Shown here: positions 30,197-38,471 of the stretch, one piece after another
Numbering within the stretch: the first letter of the stretch is position 1
Layout of the letters: each line of letters opens with the position of its first letter
Source: an uncultured Dehalococcoidia bacterium
GTDB lineage: Bacteria; Chloroflexota; Dehalococcoidia; DSTF01; JACRBR01
Length of the DNA: 64,000 nt
Direction of reading: 5' to 3'
Assembly: GCA_964487335.1 (NCBI GenBank)
Contig: CAZAPT010000004.1
Coordinates: 2,427-66,426, forward strand
Translations under genes and position numbers: made by a program
Notes under the pieces: generated by a model
Seen by the model: only the letters and a program-made list of their open reading frames with translations
Databases searched by the model: none
Told to the model about the DNA's origin: nothing

Positions 30197-33100
30197 TTAC
30201 CCGAAGTTGTGGGACTGGGGTGCTTGCAGCGTCTTCGGGACCGGGAGAGCGTGGAAGCGGTCAGCTAGGAGATTAATGGTGCCTTCCTTGCGCTGGAGCT
30301 CGCCTTCGATGATCACGAACGGCTCGCCTCGGACGAGTGCGCGTTGCCGTTCGTGGAGCCACGGCGGGACGATGATGTTCAGCATGCCGAACTCGTCTTC
30401 GAGCAGCAGGAAGACGAAGCCTTTTGCGGTGCCGGGCTGCTGACGGCAGACGACCATTCCGGGCACGCGGACGCGGCTGGCGTCGGGCATCTTTAACAGG
30501 TGTGCGACGGACGGCATCGATTCGTTGATCTGCGGCCGTAGGAGCGCCATCGGGTGGTATCCGGGCGAGAGCGAGAGCAGGTTGTAGTCCACGGCCATGC
30601 GCTCCCACTGTGTGAGGTCGCCGAGCGGCACGGCGTCCTGATCGATCGGTAGCGGCAGGGCCATCTGCACGTTCGGCGGGCGGTAGAGCAGGCCGAGCTG
30701 CCAGAGCAGTTCGCGGCGGTTGAGGCCGAAGGCATCGAAGGCGCCCACCTGCACGAGGTTCTCGATCGCCTCTTCGTGCAGGTGGCATTCGGCGATTCGG
30801 CCCATGCGGCGGACGAAGTCAGCGAGCGATGCGAACAGGCCATTGCGCGCGCGCTCGGCGGCGATCGTCTCGGCGACGTCGCTGCCGATGGCGCGGACGT
30901 AGCCGAAGCCGACGCGGACGGTGTCGTCTTCGACGGTGCAGGTGGCGTTGCTGGCGTTGATGTCGGGCGGACGGACGCTGACACCGTGGCGCTGAGCGTC
31001 GTGAGTGAGGACGTGCGGCGGGTAGAAGCCCATCGGTTGGGAGTTGAGCAGGGAGCAGAGGAACTCCGTGGGGTAGTAGTGTCGGAGCCACGCGGACTGG
31101 AACGCGAGGAAGGCGAACGCCGCGGAGTGGCTCTTCGGGAAGCCGAACTCCGCGAAGGCGATGATCTTCTCGAAGACGGTCTTCGCGACGTCTTCGCGGA
31201 CGCCTCGAGCGAGCGCGCCTTCGAGGAAGAGCTCGAAGAAGCGCTGCATGCTCTCGCGCGAGCGCTTGCGGCTCATCGCGCGACGTAGTGATTCGGCCTG
31301 GCCCTCGGTGAAGCCGGCAACGGCGACGGCGGCCTGCAGCACCTGCTCCTGGTAGAGGATCACGCCGAGCGTCTCGCTGAGCACCGGCTCCAGGCTGGGA
31401 TGATCGAACGGTGGCTTGAAGTCCGGATCCTGCAATTGGGCCTGGCGGTGACGGACGTAGGGGTTCACCGCGCCGCCGACGATCGGGCCGGGGCGGATGA
31501 TCGCGACCTGTACGGTGAGGTCTTCGATCGATCGCGGGCGGGTGCGGGGGAGCATCTGCATCTGGGCGCGACTCTCGATCTGGAAGACGCCGACGGTGTC
31601 CGCCTCGCAGATCATGTCGTAGACCTTCGGATCGTTGAAATTGATGCGGCTGAGGTCTTCGATCTTGCCGTGATGCTCGGCGATAAGGTCGCTGCACTCT
31701 TCGACGAGCGAGAGCATGCCCAGCGCGAGGAAGTCGATCTTGATGAAACGAGCGTCGTCGATGGAGTCCTTGTCCCACTGGCAGATGTAGCGTCCGGCCA
31801 TCGCGGCCTGCTCTACCGGGACGAGCTCGACGATGGGCTTGGTGGAGATCACCATCCCGCCGACGTGCTGGCTGAGGTGGCGAGGGAAGCCGGAGATCTG
31901 CTTCGCCAGTTCGATGAGGTCGCGCCAGATCGGAGCTTCGGTCTTGCCGGCGTAGTCGGGGTACATCGACATCTCACTCTCGATGTCCGAGCCGCTGCCC
32001 CAGCCGGCGCGCTTCGCGAGGCGGTCGAGCTCACTTTCGGCGATGCCGAGCGCCTTGCCGACGTCTCGGATGGCGCTGCGGATCTTGTACGTCGGGAAGC
32101 TGGCGACGAGCGCGGCGTGCTCGTGACCGAAGTGCTTGTACACGCGGAGGATGAGCTGCTCGCGGATGTCGCGCGGGAAGTCGAGGTCAATGTCAGGGAC
32201 GGAGGCGATCTCGTCGTTGAGGAAGCGGCCGAGATAGAGGTTGTACTTGATCGGGTCCACGTGCGAGAGGCCGATCAGGTAGCAGAGGATCGATCCAACG
32301 GATGAGCCGCGGCCACGGCCGGGAGGGAGGCCGGAGCGGCTGCGCGCGGTGTGGCCTCCGCGCACTTCGGCGGCGACGGTGCGACTGAGCTCGAGGAGGT
32401 CGCGGTAGATGAGGAAGAAGCCGGACAGGCCGTGCTTTCGGACCAGGCGCAGCTCTTCGTGCAGGCGGTCTTCGACGTTCTGCGGGATGCGGCCGTTGAT
32501 CATGCCGTAGCGTTCGCGCGCGGCCTGGCGGCACACCGTCTCGAGATACTCGTCGGCCATCGAGCCGTCGGGAGTGGCGTAGTCGGGGAAGCGGTAGTCG
32601 AGGTCGGTCGTGAGGTCGAAGGTGCAGCGGTCGGCGATGCGAGCGCTCTCGTGGAGGGCTTCGGGCCATTCGGCGAAGATCTCTTCCATCTCGGCTGGTG
32701 ACTTGAGGTAGTACTCGGAGTTCTCGCGGCGCTCGCGATGCGACGCTTCGAGTGTGCTGCGATTGCGGATGGCGACCATTACGTCCTGCAGTCGGTGGCG
32801 TTCACGCTCGTGGTAGTGGACGTCGTTGGTGGCGACGTATCGCAGGCCGTGCTTGCAGGCGAGATCGACGAGGCGGCGGCAGCGTTCGGTGTCACCATGG
32901 GCAAGATTCTGCTGCAGCTCGATGTAGAAGTTGTCGCACCCGAACCACTCGATGTATCGCGCGAGCGCCTGTTCAGCAGCGTGGATCTCGCCGGCGGTGA
33001 CGAGCGATGGGACTTCGCCGCGCTTGCATCCGGAGAGGGCGATCAGGCCGCGCGTGTGCTGCGCCAGCTCGGCGTACGAGAGGTGCGGATCCTTGCGCTC

Positions 33101-33418
33101 GCTGGTGAGATGCGACGTGGAGAGCAGGCGGCAGAGGTTACCGTAGCCCTCGCGGTCCATGGCGAGCAGCGTCAGGTGGTGGCCGTCCTCGAGCGTGACT
33201 TCAGCGCCGGTGATGGGACGGATGCCGAAGGCCTTCGCGGCCTGGGCGAACTCCATCGATCCGTAGAGGCCATCGTGGTCGGTGAGGGCGAGCGTTTCGT
33301 AACCGAGGTCGCGCGCGCGGAGGATCAGCTCGTCGGGGCTGGAGGCGCCATCGAGCAGCGACCAGCATGAGTGGAGGTGGAGTTCGGCGCGGTAGCGGGG
33401 ATGCTCAGGCTCCGGCAT
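30197..33418 (-). CDS. dnaE2: Error-prone DNA polymerase DnaE2 (ImuC)
   Basis: 1073 aa. N-terminal PHP domain (LHLHSCWSLLDGAS), a Pol III alpha core, no tau-binding C-terminus, and imuB directly upstream. Confidence 0.9.
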   Translation of the reverse strand: MPEPEHPRYRAELHLHSCWSLLDGASSPDELILRARDLGYETLALTDHDGLYGSMEFAQAAKAFGIRPITGAEVTLEDGHHLTLLAMDREGYGNLCRLLSTSHLTSERKDPHLSYAELAQHTRGLIALSGCKRGEVPSLVTAGEIHAAEQALARYIEWFGCDNFYIELQQNLAHGDTERCRRLVDLACKHGLRYVATNDVHYHERERHRLQDVMVAIRNRSTLEASHRERRENSEYYLKSPAEMEEIFAEWPEALHESARIADRCTFDLTTDLDYRFPDYATPDGSMADEYLETVCRQAARERYGMINGRIPQNVEDRLHEELRLVRKHGLSGFFLIYRDLLELSRTVAAEVRGGHTARSRSGLPPGRGRGSSVGSILCYLIGLSHVDPIKYNLYLGRFLNDEIASVPDIDLDFPRDIREQLILRVYKHFGHEHAALVASFPTYKIRSAIRDVGKALGIAESELDRLAKRAGWGSGSDIESEMSMYPDYAGKTEAPIWRDLIELAKQISGFPRHLSQHVGGMVISTKPIVELVPVEQAAMAGRYICQWDKDSIDDARFIKIDFLALGMLSLVEECSDLIAEHHGKIEDLSRINFNDPKVYDMICEADTVGVFQIESRAQMQMLPRTRPRSIEDLTVQVAIIRPGPIVGGAVNPYVRHRQAQLQDPDFKPPFDHPSLEPVLSETLGVILYQEQVLQAAVAVAGFTEGQAESLRRAMSRKRSRESMQRFFELFLEGALARGVREDVAKTVFEKIIAFAEFGFPKSHSAAFAFLAFQSAWLRHYYPTEFLCSLLNSQPMGFYPPHVLTHDAQRHGVSVRPPDINASNATCTVEDDTVRVGFGYVRAIGSDVAETIAAERARNGLFASLADFVRRMGRIAECHLHEEAIENLVQVGAFDAFGLNRRELLWQLGLLYRPPNVQMALPLPIDQDAVPLGDLTQWERMAVDYNLLSLSPGYHPMALLRPQINESMPSVAHLLKMPDASRVRVPGMVVCRQQPGTAKGFVFLLLEDEFGMLNIIVPPWLHERQRALVRGEPFVIIEGELQRKEGTINLLADRFHALPVPKTLQAPQSHNFG

Positions 33419-33430
33419 GATTGTTCGCCG

Positions 33431-33718
33431 CTAGTATCGTTGCAGCCACCATGCGCCTCCGGGGAGATCCTGGTAGAGGGTGACGACGCGGTCGCCCTCG
33501 AGCTGGACTTCGTAGTACATGCGCGAGACGGGAGTTTCGCGCCACCACTCGTCGTCGATGCGCCATCGGTCCTGGACTGACGCCACTTCGCGCACGGCGC
33601 CTTCGAAGAGCACGCGATGCGGGCAGCCCCGGTCGTCGGCGTCGACGCGAGCGGGGCGCGGGCCGGCTAGAGGTCGTAGTCGATGAGGGCGTACCTTCGT
33701 TCCGGGATCCTTGACCAT
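33431..33718 (-). CDS. Small hypothetical protein between imuB and dnaE2 (Trp/Arg-rich, 95 aa)
   Basis: ORF MVKDPGTK...RIDDEWWRETP...YYEVQLEGDRVVTLYQDL. It overlaps the imuB 3' end by about 52 nt; the start is uncertain. Confidence 0.45.
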   Translation of the reverse strand: MVKDPGTKVRPHRLRPLAGPRPARVDADDRGCPHRVLFEGAVREVASVQDRWRIDDEWWRETPVSRMYYEVQLEGDRVVTLYQDLPGGAWWLQRY

Positions 33719-34869
33719 GGTTCCACCTCCGCCACGCGCAAGACCTGCGATTCACCGCCGAAGCGCGCTTTGAGCTGACGCAGCGCCGCCATGAGCTGCG
33801 CGCGTCGCCTCGCCTGTTCGGCGAAGAGCAGGCTGCGCTGCTTGCCGGTCTCTTCGGTCAAGCCTATGAACTCCAGCGTCATCTCTTCGACGGGGCCGGC
33901 GAGCTGCAACTGCTCGATGAGCTTCTTCAGCACGAACATCAGGCCGTCTTCATCGGCGAGAGGCTCGCGCAGGGTGAGCGTGCGCTCCCAACTGCCGCCA
34001 CCGGCGAGGAGCGCGAGGCGCAGGCGCAGGCGGCGGACGAAGCGATAGCGCATCGACGTGCGGTAAAGGAGGCGGCGGACGAGCTGGCGCGCTGCGATCA
34101 CGAGCGCGCCGCTGTTCACCGTCGGTGCGGGCATGGTGAGGGTGTCAGTGATCGGCTCCTGGCGGCGTCGAGGGACGAAGGGATCAACGTCGATGCCGCG
34201 GGCGAGCTGCCAGAGGCGCCTGCCTTCGCGGCCGAACTGGGCCTGCAGAGCGCCGACGGGCAGGGCTGCGACGTCGGCGATGGTGCGCAGGTTGTAGAGG
34301 CCGAGCTTGCGCTGGGCTTCGTAGGAGACGGGGAGGAATGACGTGCTCAGTGGGGCGAGAAACTGCTGCTCGCTGCCGGCGGGAACGACTGCAACTTCGC
34401 CGGGAGCGCTGACGGTGGCGGCGGTCCAGGCGACGAACTTGCCTTCGCCGATGCCGACGCTGGCTTCGATGCGGGAGCGATCTCGGACGGCTTCGAGCAA
34501 GCGCTCGCCGGCGTCCTGCTGGGCTGCGACATCGGCGTTGGGGTCGATGGCGGCGAAGGCGCTGCCGGCCTCGCCCGGCTCGACGGCGGGCTCGGCGTCC
34601 TCGATGGCGGCGAGGAGGTCATCGAAGGAGCGGCCGTAGAAGATCGGGTCGGGCGGGAGCAGGACGAGGTCCGGGACGATGGTACGAGCATCGCGCAGGG
34701 GCATGCCGGTGCGGATGCCGAGGGCCGCGGCCTCCGGCGAGCAGTCGCCGACTTCGTTGGCGCCGGGCGGCGGCTCGCCAATGGCGACGGGGCGACGTCG
34801 CAGCTCGGGCGCACGGGCGCACTCGAGGGCGATGCGGAAGTTCGGGACGGTGACGCAGGCCAGGCGCAC
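33667..34869 (-). CDS. imuB: ImuB-like inactive Y-family polymerase
   Basis: Y-family fold. The catalytic acidic residues are replaced (VTVPNF in place of the DxD motif). It is directly upstream of dnaE2. Confidence 0.82.
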   Translation of the reverse strand: MRLACVTVPNFRIALECARAPELRRRPVAIGEPPPGANEVGDCSPEAAALGIRTGMPLRDARTIVPDLVLLPPDPIFYGRSFDDLLAAIEDAEPAVEPGEAGSAFAAIDPNADVAAQQDAGERLLEAVRDRSRIEASVGIGEGKFVAWTAATVSAPGEVAVVPAGSEQQFLAPLSTSFLPVSYEAQRKLGLYNLRTIADVAALPVGALQAQFGREGRRLWQLARGIDVDPFVPRRRQEPITDTLTMPAPTVNSGALVIAARQLVRRLLYRTSMRYRFVRRLRLRLALLAGGGSWERTLTLREPLADEDGLMFVLKKLIEQLQLAGPVEEMTLEFIGLTEETGKQRSLLFAEQARRRAQLMAALRQLKARFGGESQVLRVAEVEPWSRIPERRYALIDYDL

Positions 34870-34945
34870 GAGCCGGCTCCGGATTGGGAGATTGGCCCTG
34901 CTGTCGTGTGGCGGGGAGGTCAGGCAGCAGGGGTTATGGGCAGTA

Positions 34946-34961
34946 TAGAACGCCCGTTCTA
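34946..34961. promoter_or_regulatory. Candidate LexA SOS box (Cheo-type GAAC-N4-GTTC palindrome)
   Basis: TAGAACGCCCGTTCTA, a perfect inverted repeat, about 80 nt upstream of the imuB start. Confidence 0.6.
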
Positions 34962-34977
34962 GAAGTCAAGGTTATGG

Positions 34978-35754
34978 TCAGCGCAGAGTGACGTCGGCGG
35001 CTTCGATGGCGTGGAGTGCGCCATCGGCAGTGCGCAGGAGGAGGGTGCCGTCTTCGGCGACGCCTTCGGCGCGGCCTTCGAGCGTTTCGGTGGGCGTCGT
35101 GGCGCGGACGTGCTGGCCGAGGGTGACGAGGCGCGAGCGCCAGACGTCGAACGGGGAGATGCCGGACTTGGCGGCCTCGTAGAGGCGCTCGAAGTGGAGG
35201 AGATAGGCGGCGAGGAGGGGCTCGCGGTCGAGGTCGTGGCCGAGCTCGACCGCGAGGCTGGTGGCGAGGTCACGGATCTCGTCGTAGCGGCGCGGGTCGA
35301 GGTTGACGTTGATACCCGTGCCGACGAGGACGAAGTCTGCATCGCCGCCTTCGATGGAGGTCTCGATGAGGATGCCGGCGAGCTTCTTGCCGGCGACCTG
35401 GACGTCGTTGGGCCACTTGATGTCGGGGATGAGGCCGGCGGCTTCTTCGACGGCGTAGCAGACGGCGAGCGGGGCGATCATCGCGACGTGGCGGAGGACG
35501 GCGGCCGGTGGGCGGAGGAGGAGGGCGGGCATGAGGTTGACGGCGGGCGGCGAGACCCACGAGCGTCCGAGGCGGCCGCGGCCGGCGGTCTGCTCATCGG
35601 CGAGGGCGACGAGGCCTTCCGGCGCGCCGTGGCTGGCGGCGTCACGGGCGAGGTCCATGGTGGAGCCGACGGACGGCTCGAAGATGAGGTCGCGGCCGAA
35701 GGCGTTCGTCTGGAGGAGTGCGTGGAAGCGGGTGAGGTCGAAGGGCTCAGGCAT
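34978..35754 (-). CDS. birA: Biotin--[acetyl-CoA-carboxylase] ligase BirA (group I, no HTH)
   Basis: Start MPEPFDL... inside a longer ORF; BirA catalytic core motifs GRGRLGRSW and KWPND. Confidence 0.85.
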   Translation of the reverse strand: MPEPFDLTRFHALLQTNAFGRDLIFEPSVGSTMDLARDAASHGAPEGLVALADEQTAGRGRLGRSWVSPPAVNLMPALLLRPPAAVLRHVAMIAPLAVCYAVEEAAGLIPDIKWPNDVQVAGKKLAGILIETSIEGGDADFVLVGTGINVNLDPRRYDEIRDLATSLAVELGHDLDREPLLAAYLLHFERLYEAAKSGISPFDVWRSRLVTLGQHVRATTPTETLEGRAEGVAEDGTLLLRTADGALHAIEAADVTLR

Positions 35755-36214
35755 GTGCTGTTTGATTGATTTTTGTTTTTTCGAGTACGGGCGCGGGTTG
35801 AATCTGAGGGCCGTCGATGAGGCGACCGCACAGCTTCGGAATGTTGGTCGTTCTGATTGTCTTTGATTGATCGCGACCGAAAACAATCAACGCTGCAGAC
35901 GAGACGCGCATCGGGTGTACAACGTTAGCGGTTGTACGGATCCTGGCGAGCTCCGCAGTCGCGGGGAGTGTGGTCGAGTTTCGCTCCGTCATGACGCAGC
36001 GATGGTAGCGCAGCGGCGCGGGAACTTCGAAGCGGGAATTGCACTTCCGCCGAAATGCGCGAACGGCGAGGTCGCCCAAGCAGGCGGAAATCCTCACCAA
36101 GTGGTCTATATGAAACTGTTACGCCAGATGGCTCGTGGATCACTTATTTGGATTGCCGCATGTAGATGATGATTGCAGCATCAGATCCCCCGCGTGCCAC
36201 TGTCAGGAGGACTG

Positions 36215-38452
36215 GTGTCGAGACGAATCATCGCGAGGCTCGCGGCGGCAGCGCTGGCTGCGGCGCTCCTGCTTTTTCCTACGGCCTCCCCTCATCGAGC
36301 GAGTGCGGCGTCGTTTACGGTCACGTCACCAGCTGACACGCCGGACCTGGTGAACGCGGACGGGCTCTGCCTCGACGTGACGGGACAGTGCTCGCTGCGC
36401 GCGGCGATCGAGCAGGCGAACTTCAATGCATCTCCGACGACGATCAGCTTCGCGATCCCAGGGAGCGGAGTGCAGACGATCACGCTGCTCTCGGCGCTGC
36501 CGGCGGTGACGGTGCCGGTGGCGATCGACGCGACGACGCAGGCGGGGTTCTCGGGGACGCCGATCGTGGTGTTGGACGGAGTGTCGGCGGGCAGCGGGGT
36601 GGACGGGCTGCAGCTGACGGCAGGAAACAGCAGCGTGCGTGGTTTGGTGGTGGAGCGGTTCAGCGGGAACGGAATCACGCTCATGACGAACGGCGCGAAC
36701 ACGATCGCCGGGAACTACATCGGGATCGATGCGGATGGCGTTACGGCGCGAGGCAATGGCGCATCGGGCGTCGACGTGAACAACGTGGGTAATAACACGG
36801 TCGGCGGTACGGGCGCGGCGGACCGCAATGTGATTTCTGGGAACGGCGGGGATGGAGTTCTTATTGAGGGGACCAGCGCGGGCTCCAACCAGATTTCCGG
36901 GAACTACGTCGGAGTCGATGCAGCGGGAGTGATGAGAGTCCCGAATAGCGGCGATGGGATTGGCATCGAGGACGCTCCGAGCAACATGATCGGTGGGACG
37001 ACGGCGGGCGCGCGCAACTTACTCTCTGGAAACAACGGCGCGGGAATCTACATACACGGTGCTGGAGCGAGCGGAACGGTCATCCGCGCGAACTACATCG
37101 GGATTGACGCCACGGGCACCGCGTCTCTTCACAACCGGTTTGGGATTCACCTCTACTTCAGTTCAGGCGGACACGTCGTCGGCGGCCCAGCAGCGGACGA
37201 TCGCAACGTGATCTCGGGGAATTCTCAGGACGGAATCACGTTTCAATTCGAGTCCTTCGGCGCGGGAACGCTCCCCGATCTCGTGGAAGGAAACTTCATC
37301 GGGACGAATGCGGCGGGCAACGCGGCGATACCGAACCATTACGGCATCAGCGGGCTGTCCGCGAGGCCGGCGACGATTCGGGGAAACGTCGTCTCCGGCA
37401 ATACTCTCGATGGTCTGGCGGTGACCCTGGTAGATAGCGTAACGTCGAACTTCGTAGGCGTGCAGGCAGACGGGGTCAGCGCTCTTGGTAACGGCGGTAA
37501 CGGAGTCTCGATCAATAACAACTCACGGCAGTCAATCGGGACGACGACGACTGGCGAAGGGAACGTTATCGCCTTCAACGGCGCCGCCGGGGTGTGGTTG
37601 CAGTACAGCGGCGGCAGTACCGGTCGCCAGATATCGATCCGCGGGAACTCGATCTTCTCAAACGGGGCGCTGGGCATCGACCTAGCGACGCCGGGCTCGC
37701 CGATTTCGCCGCCGGGAGTGACGCCGAACGATCCGGGCGACGGTGATACCGGACCAAACGACCTGCAGAACTTCCCGGTGCTGTCGGTGGCGTCGTCCGG
37801 CGGGAGCACGACGGTCAACGGATCACTGAACAGCACCGCGAACACGACGTTCGACATCGACATGTACGCGAACCCGTCGTGCGACCCGTCGGGTTACGGC
37901 GAAGGAAAGACGTACCTGGGGTCGACGACGGTAACGACGGACGCGAGCGGGAGTGGTGGATTCACTTCGGTGTTCGCTGGCCTGCAGACGTACGTGACGG
38001 CGACGGCAACCGATCCGTCGGGAAACACGTCGGAATTCTCGCAGTGTGCCACGGCGGACAGCGATGGAGATGGGTGCCCGGATGCGCGCGAGCTGGGTGC
38101 GGACCACAAGACGGGCGGTCAGCGGGATCCGAACGACTTCTGGGACTTCTTCGACGTGCCGACGCCGCCGCTGGTGCCATCGAACACGACGGGCACGCGG
38201 AACCACGCGATCAGCATCGGGGACGCGATCGGGATCCTGGCGTACATCGGGACGAACAACGCGAACCCGAACCAGGCGAACTCGCAGGGGGCGACGTACG
38301 GGAGCGACTGGAACAACAACGGCATCGCGGACGGACAGGAGTACGACCGGACGCCGGGCGCGCAGGCGTGGGCGCCGGGGCCGCCGAACGGGGCGGTGAC
38401 GATCGGGGACGCGCTGATCGCGGTGAACGGGATCGGGGACAACTGTAACTAG
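36215..38452 (+). CDS. Secreted CSLREA-domain / right-handed parallel beta-helix repeat protein with a dockerin-like C-terminal module (paralog 1)
   Basis: GTG 36215 after an AGGAGG Shine-Dalgarno. Signal peptide, then GQCSLRAAIEQAN (the CSLREA motif), many GNYIG.D..G beta-helix repeats, and a C-terminal DSDGDGCPD...DWNNNGIADGQEYD...NC module. Confidence 0.8.
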   Translation: MSRRIIARLAAAALAAALLLFPTASPHRASAASFTVTSPADTPDLVNADGLCLDVTGQCSLRAAIEQANFNASPTTISFAIPGSGVQTITLLSALPAVTVPVAIDATTQAGFSGTPIVVLDGVSAGSGVDGLQLTAGNSSVRGLVVERFSGNGITLMTNGANTIAGNYIGIDADGVTARGNGASGVDVNNVGNNTVGGTGAADRNVISGNGGDGVLIEGTSAGSNQISGNYVGVDAAGVMRVPNSGDGIGIEDAPSNMIGGTTAGARNLLSGNNGAGIYIHGAGASGTVIRANYIGIDATGTASLHNRFGIHLYFSSGGHVVGGPAADDRNVISGNSQDGITFQFESFGAGTLPDLVEGNFIGTNAAGNAAIPNHYGISGLSARPATIRGNVVSGNTLDGLAVTLVDSVTSNFVGVQADGVSALGNGGNGVSINNNSRQSIGTTTTGEGNVIAFNGAAGVWLQYSGGSTGRQISIRGNSIFSNGALGIDLATPGSPISPPGVTPNDPGDGDTGPNDLQNFPVLSVASSGGSTTVNGSLNSTANTTFDIDMYANPSCDPSGYGEGKTYLGSTTVTTDASGSGGFTSVFAGLQTYVTATATDPSGNTSEFSQCATADSDGDGCPDARELGADHKTGGQRDPNDFWDFFDVPTPPLVPSNTTGTRNHAISIGDAIGILAYIGTNNANPNQANSQGATYGSDWNNNGIADGQEYDRTPGAQAWAPGPPNGAVTIGDALIAVNGIGDNCN

Positions 38453-38458
38453 GAGCGG
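38129..38458 (+). repeat. Direct repeat copy A (320 bp perfect identity, plus about 10 bp more, with copy B)
   Basis: Hand alignment of 38129-38448 against 40440-40759 is identical. There is a single C/T mismatch before the TAG stop, then the shared TAGGAGCGG. Confidence 0.85.
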
Positions 38459-38471
38459 TCGGGAGGGCGCC

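Noticed and set aside
35867-36169. 100-aa plus-strand ORF inside the birA/beta-helix intergenic region
   Set aside because: No Shine-Dalgarno, odd composition, and it spans the putative operator repeats. Probably non-coding.
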